Shown here piece by piece: positions 31,694 to 39,307 of a DNA stretch of 64,000 bases (position 1 is the first letter of the stretch; every line of letters begins with the position of its first letter). The stretch lies in the NCBI RefSeq assembly GCF_024700885.2, contig NZ_CP117016.1; one strand, written 5' to 3'. The notes beneath the pieces were generated by a model, which had not been told where the DNA came from, made no database searches, and was given only the letters and a program-made list of their open reading frames with translations. A program made the translations under genes and the position numbers. This stretch comes from Escherichia coli. GTDB taxonomy: Bacteria; Pseudomonadota; Gammaproteobacteria; Enterobacterales; Enterobacteriaceae.

Positions 31694-32344
31694 TTGGCGA
31701 TTCGTCTTCATAAACTGGCTGTTGCTTTAGGTGTCTTTATTGTTAGCGCTCCTGCCTTTTCGCATGGTCATCACTCACACGGCAAACCCTTAACAGAGGT
31801 CGAACAAAAAGCTGCTAATGGTGTTTTTGATGATGCCAATGTACAAAACCGAACGCTCAGTGACTGGGATGGAGTCTGGCAATCCGTTTATCCTTTACTG
31901 CAAAGTGGCAAACTTGACCCCGTCTTTCAGAAGAAAGCGGATGCAGATAAAACTAAAACATTTGCTGAAATTAAAGATTATTATCGCAAAGGTTATGTGA
32001 CAGATATCGAGATGATTGGCATTGAGGACGGCATTGTTGAATTCCATAGAAATAATGAAACAACATCCTGTAAATATGATTACGATGGATACAAAATACT
32101 CACCTATAAATCAGGCAAGAAAGGCGTTCGTTACTTATTCGAATGTAAAGATCCTGAAAGCAAAGCCCCTAAATATATTCAATTTAGCGATCATATAATT
32201 GCACCACGAAAATCATCTCATTTTCACATTTTTATGGGTAATGATTCACAGCAATCTTTATTAAATGAAATGGAAAACTGGCCAACGTATTATCCCTATC
32301 AGTTGAGTAGCGAAGAAGTGGTCGAGGAGATGATGTTTCATTGA
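31694..32344 (+). CDS. zinT: Periplasmic zinc/cadmium-binding protein ZinT (YodA)
   Basis: 216-aa ORF with signal peptide and His-rich HGHHSHG; TTG start after a GGAGGA ribosome-binding site. Confidence 0.92.
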   Translation: MAIRLHKLAVALGVFIVSAPAFSHGHHSHGKPLTEVEQKAANGVFDDANVQNRTLSDWDGVWQSVYPLLQSGKLDPVFQKKADADKTKTFAEIKDYYRKGYVTDIEMIGIEDGIVEFHRNNETTSCKYDYDGYKILTYKSGKKGVRYLFECKDPESKAPKYIQFSDHIIAPRKSSHFHIFMGNDSQQSLLNEMENWPTYYPYQLSSEEVVEEMMFH

Positions 32345-32432
32345 TTTTTTTGCGCTGACTTCAATTATTTAACAGAACAGTGCCTGGTAGTAACGACAAT
32401 AATTTACCAAGACAAATAAATAAGACAAACTC

Positions 32433-32466
32433 AGACACGCTCATGCTTGAGACGTGTCTTTTTTAT
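32433..32466 (+). terminator. Rho-independent terminator after zinT
   Basis: GACACG / CGTGTC stem followed by TTTTTTATTAT. Confidence 0.7.
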
Positions 32467-33013
32467 TATGTCTGTAGAAAAAAACTGAGAAAACGGCGAA
32501 CAATAAATACACAACTCGCCAATACAGACTGGCTGCGCCAATGTCTCCAGGAGCAAGTCATCTGTCATGGTAAAGCTAACCAGAAATATAGGTTAATTTT
32601 GGTATTTAAACCTTTTTTACTTGTTAGTATGATACAAAGGCTTTCAAAAAAGCTGGGAAATTCAACAACTCTTGGAAATTATGGACTTTGTCCCGCGGCT
32701 TTAATCTGACGGCCGCGTTCCTTTTTTTGCTCAATTATTGACCCCTTCTCTATGCAACTTCAGTTCCCACCACCAACTTTGCGGCAGCTTCGTAGGATCA
32801 ATGTCTAAAAGAATAATGGTGACCGATAAGAAAACGACTGAATAACTGCAGATTTTCGCTCGAAACCTTCCTGTCAGATCCATAGCGAATCAAGTGCTGA
32901 ATGTCACAGTATCGAACAGAAAACAGTGACGATCTAACCCTTCAAGAATATTCTACGATTGTTCTGTTTAGGAAAAGCAAGGCGGGAAGTCGGGAGATAA
33001 GTCATTGATAAAG

Positions 33014-33075
33014 TGGCGGAGAGAGGGGGATTTGAACCCCCGGTAGAGTTGCCCCTACTCCGGTTTTCGAGACCG
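33014..33075 (-). other. Truncated tRNA-Ser(CGA) serU, 3' 62 nt only; prophage attachment-site remnant
   Basis: Minus strand reads CGGTCTCGAAAACCGGAGTAGGGGCAACTCTACCGGGGGTTCAAATCCCCCTCTCTCCGCCA (anticodon loop to CCA end of serU as recalled); the 5' part (D-arm and acceptor 5' strand) is absent. Confidence 0.85.
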
Positions 33076-33376
33076 ATGATACAGAGTCGAAAAATCAAAG
33101 AGTTAAAAATTTTTCTTGGAATAAATGTCTTAAAATCGTACAAGAAAAATCAATGAATTACATAACATTAAAGAAGAATATTCCAAGCCTTCTTGAGGCT
33201 ACCACCTGTTTTCAGGTGTCATTCAGACGTGATTTGCCCCAGATTGGGAAAGCACGCTTTTTTCTCAGCTTATTCCGTTTTGCCTGTGTGTTGAATAATT
33301 CCACTGCAGTTATATAAAATCGGTAACGTCTGGAAATCATTCAATACTCGCACTATCGAAAGTTCACCAGCCAACC

Positions 33377-33416
33377 GCAGCACGTTCTTGCATACGACGT
33401 GCTGCGGTTTTCTTTA
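33377..33416 (+). repeat. Palindromic hairpin element, copy B (near-identical to 1295-1335)
   Basis: GCAGCACGTTCTTGCATACGACGTGCTGC followed by GGTTTTCTTTATG; about 28 of 31 core positions match copy A. Confidence 0.5.
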
Positions 33417-33566
33417 TGATTTATGCACAATGGACAATTTGAAATTATTGATGATTGAATGGTGCATCGTTTTCTGAACCTACACTGATTTTTTGGTATA
33501 GCCTTGCCTAGCCAGTCTTACCGGATCAAACCCTTCGCTATTGCAATACTAACCAAAATCATCAAT

Positions 33567-33595
33567 TTGACAGCGATTAACCAAAATAATAGTAT
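33567..33595 (+). promoter_or_regulatory. Candidate sigma-70 promoter of the cargo diguanylate cyclase
   Basis: Perfect -35 TTGACA, 17-bp spacer, -10 TAGTAT, about 70 bp upstream of the ATG. Confidence 0.4.
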
Positions 33596-33665
33596 ACTAT
33601 CACCAGTAAGAAATTATCGTTATTTGTAGCGATACATATTATATATATCATTCTCAGGTGCGTAC

Positions 33666-34997
33666 ATGATTATCAACCAGGTACCTATAAAAATAAAAAT
33701 CTTCATCTTTTTATTTTCATGCATCTCTATTATATTTTTGTTACTGCATGAAAATAATGGAATATACATAACACAAACAACACAAATAAGTTATAGTGTT
33801 TTCATTATTGGGCTTTTTTTCATAAACCTGATGATTTTTATTTTTCTATTGCTTTACTATGTTTCTAATCAGAGACAAAGTTATCTCTTAATTCTTTCAT
33901 TCGCGTTTTTGAGCAACACGTATTATTTATTAGAAGTGGCTATTATTTCTTTATCTCCGTTAGGTAACGATTTATCTACAATCTATCAGAAATCAAATAA
34001 TATCGCAATATATTATCTATTCCGTCAGTTCAGCTTTATATCTATAATCTTTCTGGCTGTTTATTCCACCAATGTTAAAAATAAAAGTGTTTTAGAAGAT
34101 AAAAGAAACATAATAATTGTTGTTTTGTCAATATTAATTCTTTTTATTACTCCGTTTGTAGCAAAAAATCTAAGCAGTGACAATATAAAATATAGTCTTA
34201 ATATTATACAATACTCGCTGAATCGTCATTTGTCGACGTGGAATATCGTGTACACCAAAATAATATCAGTATTTTGGCTTGTATTACTTATCAGCTCATG
34301 CATCAGCATACGTAATTACTCAAAAATATGGTTGTGTATAATACTTATTAGTATAGTGTCAGTATGCAATAATCTAATTTTATTGTATTTTATTGATAAA
34401 TCCCATCCTGCATGGTACATGACAAAATTTCTTGAATTGATATCAATGATTTATATCATTTCAACACTCATGTATTATGTTTTTAGGAAATTAAATCATG
34501 CTAATCATATGGCAATTCATGATCCACTAACGAATACATACAATAGAAGATACTTTATTGACTCATTGAAGAACATATCAAAACACCATGATTTCTCAGT
34601 AATAATGTTAGATATTGACAGTTTCAAAAGCATCAATGACAAATGGGGGCATCATATGGGTGATCAAGTCATAGTAATGGTTACCAGAATAATAAAAAAA
34701 TCCATCAGGAAAGAGGATATATTAGGGCGCTTAGGCGGTGAGGAGTTCGGTATTATCATTAAAGGTAATACTCAAAAGCTCTTGCTATCAATTGCAGAGC
34801 GAATCAGAAAAAACATTGAAGAGCAATGCTCGGAAAAATTATTATCGCATGGACCTGAGAAAATAACTGTCAGTATTGGTTGCTTTACTTCAAAAGAGAA
34901 TAATCTCAGTCCATCTGAAATGTTAGTCAATGCCGACAAAGCGTTATATCAAGCCAAAAGAACCGGAAAAAACAAGGTGATAATTCACTCAAAATAA
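33666..34997 (+). CDS. Membrane-anchored diguanylate cyclase (multi-TM sensor domain plus GGDEF), DgcX-like prophage cargo
   Basis: 443-aa ORF; very AT-rich (I/L/F/N/K/Y-rich) N-terminal membrane domain; C-terminal GGDEF domain with RLGGEEFG active site and upstream RKED I-site-like motif. Confidence 0.85.
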   Translation: MIINQVPIKIKIFIFLFSCISIIFLLLHENNGIYITQTTQISYSVFIIGLFFINLMIFIFLLLYYVSNQRQSYLLILSFAFLSNTYYLLEVAIISLSPLGNDLSTIYQKSNNIAIYYLFRQFSFISIIFLAVYSTNVKNKSVLEDKRNIIIVVLSILILFITPFVAKNLSSDNIKYSLNIIQYSLNRHLSTWNIVYTKIISVFWLVLLISSCISIRNYSKIWLCIILISIVSVCNNLILLYFIDKSHPAWYMTKFLELISMIYIISTLMYYVFRKLNHANHMAIHDPLTNTYNRRYFIDSLKNISKHHDFSVIMLDIDSFKSINDKWGHHMGDQVIVMVTRIIKKSIRKEDILGRLGGEEFGIIIKGNTQKLLLSIAERIRKNIEEQCSEKLLSHGPEKITVSIGCFTSKENNLSPSEMLVNADKALYQAKRTGKNKVIIHSK

Positions 34998-35017
34998 ACA
35001 CCTTTTTAAAATACAGC

Positions 35018-35050
35018 CCCAATAAACTGCAGAATATTATCCCATATAAT
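35018..35050. terminator. Inverted-repeat hairpin between convergent cyclase gene and tail-fibre cassette
   Basis: CTGCAGAATATTAT-cccat-ATAATATCCTGCAG, 14-bp arms with one mismatch. Confidence 0.5.
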
Positions 35051-35070
35051 ATCCTGCAGTTCGTAATGCA

Positions 35071-35199
35071 CTATTCGATAATGGGTACTGTTGGCCATTC
35101 AATATCCGGTGCAGTTGTTGTATTAACACGGTTCAGCAACACCCGATACTTCTTCCAGGCTTCCAGCAACGAGGTTTCTTCCTCCGTTGCATATACAGC
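35071..35199 (-). pseudogene. 3' remnant of a lambda-type tail-fibre assembly gene (tfa)
   Basis: Encodes [42 protein letters not shown], matching the recalled C-terminus of lambda Tfa; no Tfa-like N-terminus upstream in frame. Confidence 0.6.
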
Positions 35200-35209
35200 C
35201 CACCTTTTT

Positions 35210-35518
35210 TCACCCACGATTAACCAACAGCCAGACCAGCAGACACGCCACCACCGGCACAGCAAAATCCATCAGGCTTGCCACATCCCACGCGCGCGGA
35301 TCAAAACCGCCCCACCACGGCATATTCATTCGCTTGCCATGCCCGAACATTTCGATCCAGCGATATTCTGCCTGGGTGTGTTCACGCGCAATGAAGAACG
35401 TACAACCGGCTATCGCCCCGTAAGCCCAGTTCCCGGTAAAAAGACCAATCAGTAGCTGCGCAGCCACAGCACAAAGCGCATGAAGGAAAGGTGTTATATC
35501 CATTTTCATCCCACCCAA
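35210..35518 (-). CDS. Hypothetical small membrane protein (phage cargo)
   Basis: 102-aa track ORF with two hydrophobic segments; no family recognised. Confidence 0.45.
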   Translation of the reverse strand: MGGMKMDITPFLHALCAVAAQLLIGLFTGNWAYGAIAGCTFFIAREHTQAEYRWIEMFGHGKRMNMPWWGGFDPRAWDVASLMDFAVPVVACLLVWLLVNRG

Positions 35519-35545
35519 TAAAACGGGGCGCTCGGCCCCTTAATA

Positions 35546-36586
35546 TTATTTAGACGCAAGCGCCGCATCAATTGCAGATAATCTTTGTCTTAATTCTGCG
35601 TTTTCTTCTTCCAGTGCTGTTATTCTGTCGTCTGACTCTCTGGCTACCTGAACAAGCAAGCCAGTAACACCAGAATAATCTACTGTGTAATAACGTTCAC
35701 CTTCTTCACCTTCCGATCCGCTCGCACCGTCCTGATATTTCATTACGGAACCTACAACTTCTGGGATTGCTTCCAGAGCTTCCTGTGCAATGACACCAGC
35801 ATAGGGCATACCGTTTTCTTTAAGCGTGTATGTATAGCCGTTCATTTTACGGATGCGGTCGGTTGCATTATCGATCACCTGAATGTTGTCTTTCAGATCC
35901 CGGTCGGAATGCTGGTTAAATGCGGTGGCATGACATGCACCATTAACGCTTAACATATAGGTGTTATCGGTATTTTTCTGCGCATAGAACATATAAGCGC
36001 CACCATCAACACCGACTTCATAAACAACAGGACGGCTGGAGTTGCCCCACAATTGAGCAGTAACACCAGCATAAGCGGTTCCCTGTGTGTTTAATGTCAT
36101 GGTTGACCCATGATTGGCATATTTGATCTGTAATGTGTCGGTGTAATCAAATTTAATAAGCGCGTTACTTCCACGCTTGCTGTATGACATAAGGCAGTTA
36201 CCCATTTTGAGGTATCCGCTGTCACCGGGAAAAATCATCGTACCGCCATAAAGGTTGGTAAAGTCCCAGCAAATGTTTGTCCCGTTATCGTTCAGGTTAA
36301 GGCGCGCCATTGCGTTACCTGGACTGTCTATCCATTTTTTGAGGTATAGTTCGCAATACGCATCCTCAACACCTGCCGTCCTGTGAGTTGAGCGGAGTTT
36401 TCTCCCAAATATAGCTCCGCTAGTTGGCAATACCTGCTGATACCATGAAGCAGACCAGTCACCAACGATTTCATCTTTGCTGTCTACATATAATTTTGTT
36501 GCGTAGCTTCCTTGATCGTTTTTTAATTTGCTAACGTCGGATTTTAGCGTTTTGATGTCATCAGGAATTACTGTCGATGTAGCCAT
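35546..36586 (-). CDS. Tail-fibre / tailspike protein with C-terminal intramolecular-chaperone (S74-like) domain
   Basis: 346-aa ORF; C-terminal region with YTYTLKENG...GVIAQE...YSGVTGLLV and a coiled-coil tail resembles self-cleaving chaperone domains of phage fibres. Confidence 0.65.
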   Translation of the reverse strand: MATSTVIPDDIKTLKSDVSKLKNDQGSYATKLYVDSKDEIVGDWSASWYQQVLPTSGAIFGRKLRSTHRTAGVEDAYCELYLKKWIDSPGNAMARLNLNDNGTNICWDFTNLYGGTMIFPGDSGYLKMGNCLMSYSKRGSNALIKFDYTDTLQIKYANHGSTMTLNTQGTAYAGVTAQLWGNSSRPVVYEVGVDGGAYMFYAQKNTDNTYMLSVNGACHATAFNQHSDRDLKDNIQVIDNATDRIRKMNGYTYTLKENGMPYAGVIAQEALEAIPEVVGSVMKYQDGASGSEGEEGERYYTVDYSGVTGLLVQVARESDDRITALEEENAELRQRLSAIDAALASK

Positions 36587-36595
36587 TTTTCTTCC

Positions 36596-36877
36596 TCACA
36601 TCCAGCCACGAAGTTGATGCTCAACAGCAACCACGTATTCATCGAATAATGACGATATTTGCGAATCATTAATGATGCGCACGTTTACAAAATATCCGTC
36701 TTCCTTAACACATACCGGTTCGCCATCTTCAGTCAGTTCTCCGGTTTCTTTGTACACGTTACCTATCACGTCAATAAGAATATCATCCTGCATCGACTCG
36801 TCATCATAATAGCCAGTACTCTCCATAAAGGCCGAAAAGTCGGCCCTGTCGGCAAATTTGAGTGTTAAATCTTTCAT
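36596..36877 (-). CDS. Hypothetical acidic protein in the tail-fibre cassette
   Basis: 93-aa track ORF tightly coupled to neighbours; no family recognised. Confidence 0.45.
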   Translation of the reverse strand: MKDLTLKFADRADFSAFMESTGYYDDESMQDDILIDVIGNVYKETGELTEDGEPVCVKEDGYFVNVRIINDSQISSLFDEYVVAVEHQLRGWM

Positions 36878-39249
36878 TAGATTGACTCCCCCACCTGAGC
36901 ATCAGTCAATGCCTTGTGCCATATTCTGAAATTCCTGACATGACCAAATAAATGACGTAACCCGGCTGTAGTCTGGCCTCCAATACGGATAATTGCGGTG
37001 TTCTGAATACAGGACCATGTGGTTTTTGTTTCGCTGGATATATGCCCGTTACTTACTGAGCACGTAGACTGCTCTGACTTTACACGCATCCCCATAACCA
37101 TTTTTTCAAGCGATGCGTTTTCGTTTACCCGTCTGTTAGCTCCTCCAATATCGCAATAAGGAAATCCGTCGTAATCTGTTGAACGACCGAAGCCAAGAAT
37201 AATAGCCGCTCCGGTTTGATGACCGCCGGTATCAAAAACACGTGGCGCTGCATTTGGCGTTTTATACCAGTTCTTATGTACCTCACAAAGAACCGTAAAA
37301 GGAAGATTATAAAGATTATTCTTAATTGGAACTGTAACTATATCGCTTGCGCGGGTCGCCGCCGTCGCTCCTGATATAATAAAAGATGATACACAAGGCC
37401 CATCTTCTACTTGTGGGGTGGCCAGATAAATATAGTCACCAGATACGGTTGCCCCGCTCTGCTTAGGAGAATACTGTATCTGAGAGCCTATTTTAAACTC
37501 CCCATCAATTGCCTGAATTGTTGCCTCTGCAAAAATCCATCCGGTAGCTTCGTCCTTTCTGACTCTCGCTGTAATTCTTGAGGCAGCACCGCCTGTCATA
37601 TTAATTTCAAGCGTTTGTGTATCAATATACGCATCACCAAGAAAAGTTGTTGCGCTACCGTCATATTTATCAAACCGGATACGCAACCTTACCTGCAGTT
37701 CTGTTTTAAAACGACATGAGGTTGTCACGTGTTTATTATCGCCTGAGACATCAACTGACTTTGTTGCAGCAATTGATGCCATATTAATGGCTGAGGTTTG
37801 CCCAATCAGAGAATCGTTGCAGACAAACTTTCCATAGGTAAAACCAAAATTATCCGTCCCTGTTTCGGGCACATCCATATTTGACGATCGCCCCCAACTG
37901 GCAGGGCTTTCCGAATTGAGCATGTAGTTTGTTCTTTGCCCCTCAATAAGCAGGCCATCACGTTCAAATCGTGGCTCGTCAATGGCAGCCTCTGTCAGCA
38001 CACCAGATTTGTTAATATAGGTTGCTTTCGATGCACGTTTAAACTTAACAATCTTGTCGCCAGGCATCGTTATTTCATCGTCACCAATAACAATTTTTTT
38101 ATATGACGGCGAAAAGCCCGTAATCATATCCAGTGAATCGTTAAACGGTATCCACACATCAGGCAGTGGCTGTAAGACATATTTATACGGCTCTGCTGCC
38201 TGACTTGCATACTCTCTGGCTGCGTCTTCACTTGCTTTAGCTGCTGTCTGGCTTGCTGCCGATGCTTTCGCCGAGTTCGCCGCTGCAGTCTCGCTTGTCT
38301 TTGCATTGGTTTCACTGGTTTTTGCCGCTTTTTGACTGTTGGCTGATGCAGTGGCAGAAGCAGCCGCCGCGCTTGCAGAACCAGCTGCCGCGCTCTCGCT
38401 TTGGGCTGCTGCAACCTGGCTGTTTTTCGCCGCAGTTTCGCTGGCTTTGGCATTCGTTTCGCTGGTCTTCGCTGCCGTCTGGCTGGACTTTGCGTTAGTT
38501 TCACTCGTCTTCGCTGCTTTCTGGCTGTTAGCCGCAGCAGTTGCTGCTCCAGCTGCTGAAGTCGCAGAACCGGCTGCTGCGCTCTCGCTCTCAGCTGCTG
38601 CAGTCTGGCTGTTTTTCGCCGCAGTTTCACTGGCTTTGGCATTCGTTTCGCTGGCCTTCGCTGCCGTCTGGCTGGACTTTGCGTTGGTTTCGCTCGTCTT
38701 TGCTGCTGTCTCGCTATTTTTCGCGTTGGTTTCTGATTTTTTAGCTGCTGTCGCGGAATTTGCCGATGCAGTCTGCGAGGCCGCTGCCGCCTGTGCGCTG
38801 TTAGCTGCATTCGTTTCTGAGTTTTTCGCCGCGTTCTTCGATGATGCCGCTGCAGTTTCGGATTTCTTTGCCGCCGCTGCGCTCTGAGAGGCGGCTTCAG
38901 CGTTGCGTGCCGCTTCTTCCACCATTACCTCAAAACGACGCAATGCCTCCGGCATGACATCCTCTTCCGTCATGGCACCGAGAAAATCATTCAGCGTGCC
39001 TGGTCTGGAACCTTCATAGACGGTAATGGTCCCGGCATGTGAAGGCGGAAAACCTTCAACCAGCAGGGTGACGCTGTACTGGCCATACTCAACATCCATG
39101 CTGTAACGCCCGGCTTCATCCGGATTTTCAGAGGCCACCGTATTCACCAGTACCGTGGTGCTGTTACGCTTTGCTTTGAGCTGAATAGTGCAGTTCTGTA
39201 TTGGTTTTCCTGCACCGTCTTTCAGCACGCCTGAAATCTGTACTGCCAT
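36877..39249 (-). CDS. stf: Side tail fibre protein, lambda Stf-like N-terminus with Ala/Ser/Thr-rich repeat shaft
   Basis: N-terminus MAVQISGVLKDGAGKPIQNCTIQLKA resembles lambda Stf; track ORF starts two codons earlier at 39255. Confidence 0.8.
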   Translation of the reverse strand: MAVQISGVLKDGAGKPIQNCTIQLKAKRNSTTVLVNTVASENPDEAGRYSMDVEYGQYSVTLLVEGFPPSHAGTITVYEGSRPGTLNDFLGAMTEEDVMPEALRRFEVMVEEAARNAEAASQSAAAAKKSETAAASSKNAAKNSETNAANSAQAAAASQTASANSATAAKKSETNAKNSETAAKTSETNAKSSQTAAKASETNAKASETAAKNSQTAAAESESAAAGSATSAAGAATAAANSQKAAKTSETNAKSSQTAAKTSETNAKASETAAKNSQVAAAQSESAAAGSASAAAASATASANSQKAAKTSETNAKTSETAAANSAKASAASQTAAKASEDAAREYASQAAEPYKYVLQPLPDVWIPFNDSLDMITGFSPSYKKIVIGDDEITMPGDKIVKFKRASKATYINKSGVLTEAAIDEPRFERDGLLIEGQRTNYMLNSESPASWGRSSNMDVPETGTDNFGFTYGKFVCNDSLIGQTSAINMASIAATKSVDVSGDNKHVTTSCRFKTELQVRLRIRFDKYDGSATTFLGDAYIDTQTLEINMTGGAASRITARVRKDEATGWIFAEATIQAIDGEFKIGSQIQYSPKQSGATVSGDYIYLATPQVEDGPCVSSFIISGATAATRASDIVTVPIKNNLYNLPFTVLCEVHKNWYKTPNAAPRVFDTGGHQTGAAIILGFGRSTDYDGFPYCDIGGANRRVNENASLEKMVMGMRVKSEQSTCSVSNGHISSETKTTWSCIQNTAIIRIGGQTTAGLRHLFGHVRNFRIWHKALTDAQVGESI
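38340..38720. repeat. In-frame tandem duplication (about 189-bp unit, 2 copies) inside stf
   Basis: Near-identical DNA blocks about 38341-38530 and 38530-38720 encoding repeated KTSETNAKSSQTAAK-type shaft repeats. Confidence 0.7.
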
Positions 39250-39307
39250 ATTCACTCCACAAATAAAAAAGGCGCCATTTCTGGCGCCCGTATTTGGGTT
39301 ATAAAAC

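Noticed and set aside
32380-32709. 109-aa ORF immediately after zinT
   Set aside because: It runs straight through the zinT intrinsic terminator hairpin and T-tract and has no ribosome-binding site or recognisable domain; most likely non-coding.
35066-35455. 129-aa plus-strand ORF overlapping the tfa remnant and the 102-aa membrane ORF
   Set aside because: Opposite strand to the whole tail-fibre cassette, His/Arg/Pro-rich shadow composition and no start context.
38124-38887. Several 180-230-aa ORFs in both strands across the stf repeat region; also considered whether the repeats could be a CRISPR array
   Set aside because: They arise from the low-complexity Ala/Ser/Thr-coding tandem repeat. 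The repeat unit is about 189 bp, in frame within stf, with no short spacer and repeat structure and no cas genes, so it is not CRISPR.
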